Both the position numbers and the translations under genes were made by a program. Shown piece after piece: positions 63,304 to 64,000 of a DNA stretch of 64,000 nucleotides. Source of the stretch: a virus (lineage: Duplodnaviria > Heunggongvirae > Uroviricota > Caudoviricetes); the IMG/VR virus record IMGVR_UViG_3300036985_002287, positions 30,613-94,612 of that record; one strand, 5' to 3'. The notes beneath the pieces were generated by a model. The model did no database searches. It had not been told where the DNA came from and saw only the letters and a program-made list of their open reading frames with translations. The stretch's first letter is position 1. Every line of letters starts with the position of its first letter.

Positions 63304-64000
63304 TTAAATATTTATAGATTCTCTGTGATTCAAAGACTTCATAATGTCCTTCTCTGCGTCACTTAAATTTTTAGGAATACTGATATTGATCCTAACCAAG
63401 ATATCGCCCTGCCTATCTATCTCGGGATTGTTCATACCTTTCCCACCTAATTTAACTATTTGCCCGGGCTGAATACCTGCCGGTATTGTAAACTGTAGTT
63501 TAGCACCGTCTATATGATCGAGTATAGCCTCCACGCCCAGAGCAGCTTCAGCGGAATTAATATTTACATCGACTAATAAGTCGTCGTTCGCCCTCTTAAA
63601 TTTATAATGAGGTTGAACATCTATACGGTATAATTTATTATCAGCGAAGAATCGTGTACCCGACCGTACTCCTCTAGGAATAGTCAAAGTAACTGACGAA
63701 TCGACCCTAATTACCTTACCCGAATAAGCATCTGCTAATGAAATATTTATAACAGTTATTTGTTGGCGGCGCTGAGTGCCACTATAGGGGTCGAATGATG
63801 CATTAGTTCCAAAGAATGATTTAAGCATATCTTCGACATCTCGTTGGTTAGTCGTACCATGTGCCCATTGCTGTGCATTTCCACCAGATAGACCTTCGTG
63901 ACCGTGTATATCGTACTGTCGACGCTTCTCGACATCGGCAAGAATTTCGTATGCCTCTTTAACTTCCTTGAAGTTAGCTTCGGCGGTCAGTTTTTCGGGC
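63304..64000 (-). CDS. DnaJ/CbpA-like co-chaperone (J domain plus C-terminal substrate-binding domain), 5' end beyond window
   Basis: Reading frame stays open upstream of the ORF-track start to the window edge, giving KEAYEILADVEKRRQYD (J-domain helix III) followed by a DnaJ C-terminal domain (GxxxxxGKGM...GDILVRINISIPKNLSDAEKDIMKSL); no zinc finger. Confidence 0.7.
   Translation of the reverse strand, partial: PEKLTAEANFKEVKEAYEILADVEKRRQYDIHGHEGLSGGNAQQWAHGTTNQRDVEDMLKSFFGTNASFDPYSGTQRRQQITVINISLADAYSGKVIRVDSSVTLTIPRGVRSGTRFFADNKLYRIDVQPHYKFKRANDDLLVDVNINSAEAALGVEAILDHIDGAKLQFTIPAGIQPGQIVKLGGKGMNNPEIDRQGDILVRINISIPKNLSDAEKDIMKSLNHRESINI

Noticed and set aside
1-64000. Bacterial chromosome or plasmid origin for the window
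   Set aside because: Single-strand gene orientation, dozens of tiny ATGA-coupled ORFs, polB plus ligase plus FEN replication genes, free-standing HNH/GIY-YIG endonucleases and phage-type tRNAs point to a large virulent phage. Host-like genes (iscU, galE, hldD, tctC-like) look like acquired cargo.

Overview
This window looks like a 64-kb segment of a large (jumbo-type) virulent phage genome, with about 40% GC and almost every gene on the minus strand. Genes are tightly packed and often overlap by ATGA at stop/start junctions. There are three phage-encoded tRNAs (Leu-TAA, Met-CAT, Arg-TCT), several rho-independent terminators, and a recurring TATTATA-type element just upstream of many start codons.

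Recognisable core functions are a family-B DNA polymerase, an ATP-dependent DNA ligase, a 5'-3' exonuclease (FEN/RNase H-like), a sigma-like protein, a MoxR AAA+ ATPase with a VWA/metallopeptidase partner, ClpA-like and DnaJ-like chaperones, and a lambda-type Ser/Thr phosphatase. Peptidoglycan enzymes (SleB-like hydrolase, DD-peptidase) are present. Mobile endonucleases include two HNH and one GIY-YIG.

The accessory content is unusually rich:
- A 7-deazaguanine DNA-modification module (QueE, QueD-like, DpdA/TGT-like) is interleaved with nucleotide-sugar enzymes (GalE, HldD-like, glycosyltransferase, dehydrogenases).
- A radical-SAM/SPASM maturase sits with a PP-loop ATPase, a TctC-like secreted binding protein and small acidic peptides.
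- There is a membrane GGDEF diguanylate cyclase.
- There is a macro-domain protein and a Lar-like protein.
- There is an SPFH/band-7 protein.
- A tandem family of small paralogous genes shares a conserved nucleotide junction.
- An IscU homologue is inactivated by a 7-nt insertion carrying a HpaI site and stop codon.
- A ~1-kb ORF-free region is bounded by a terminator.
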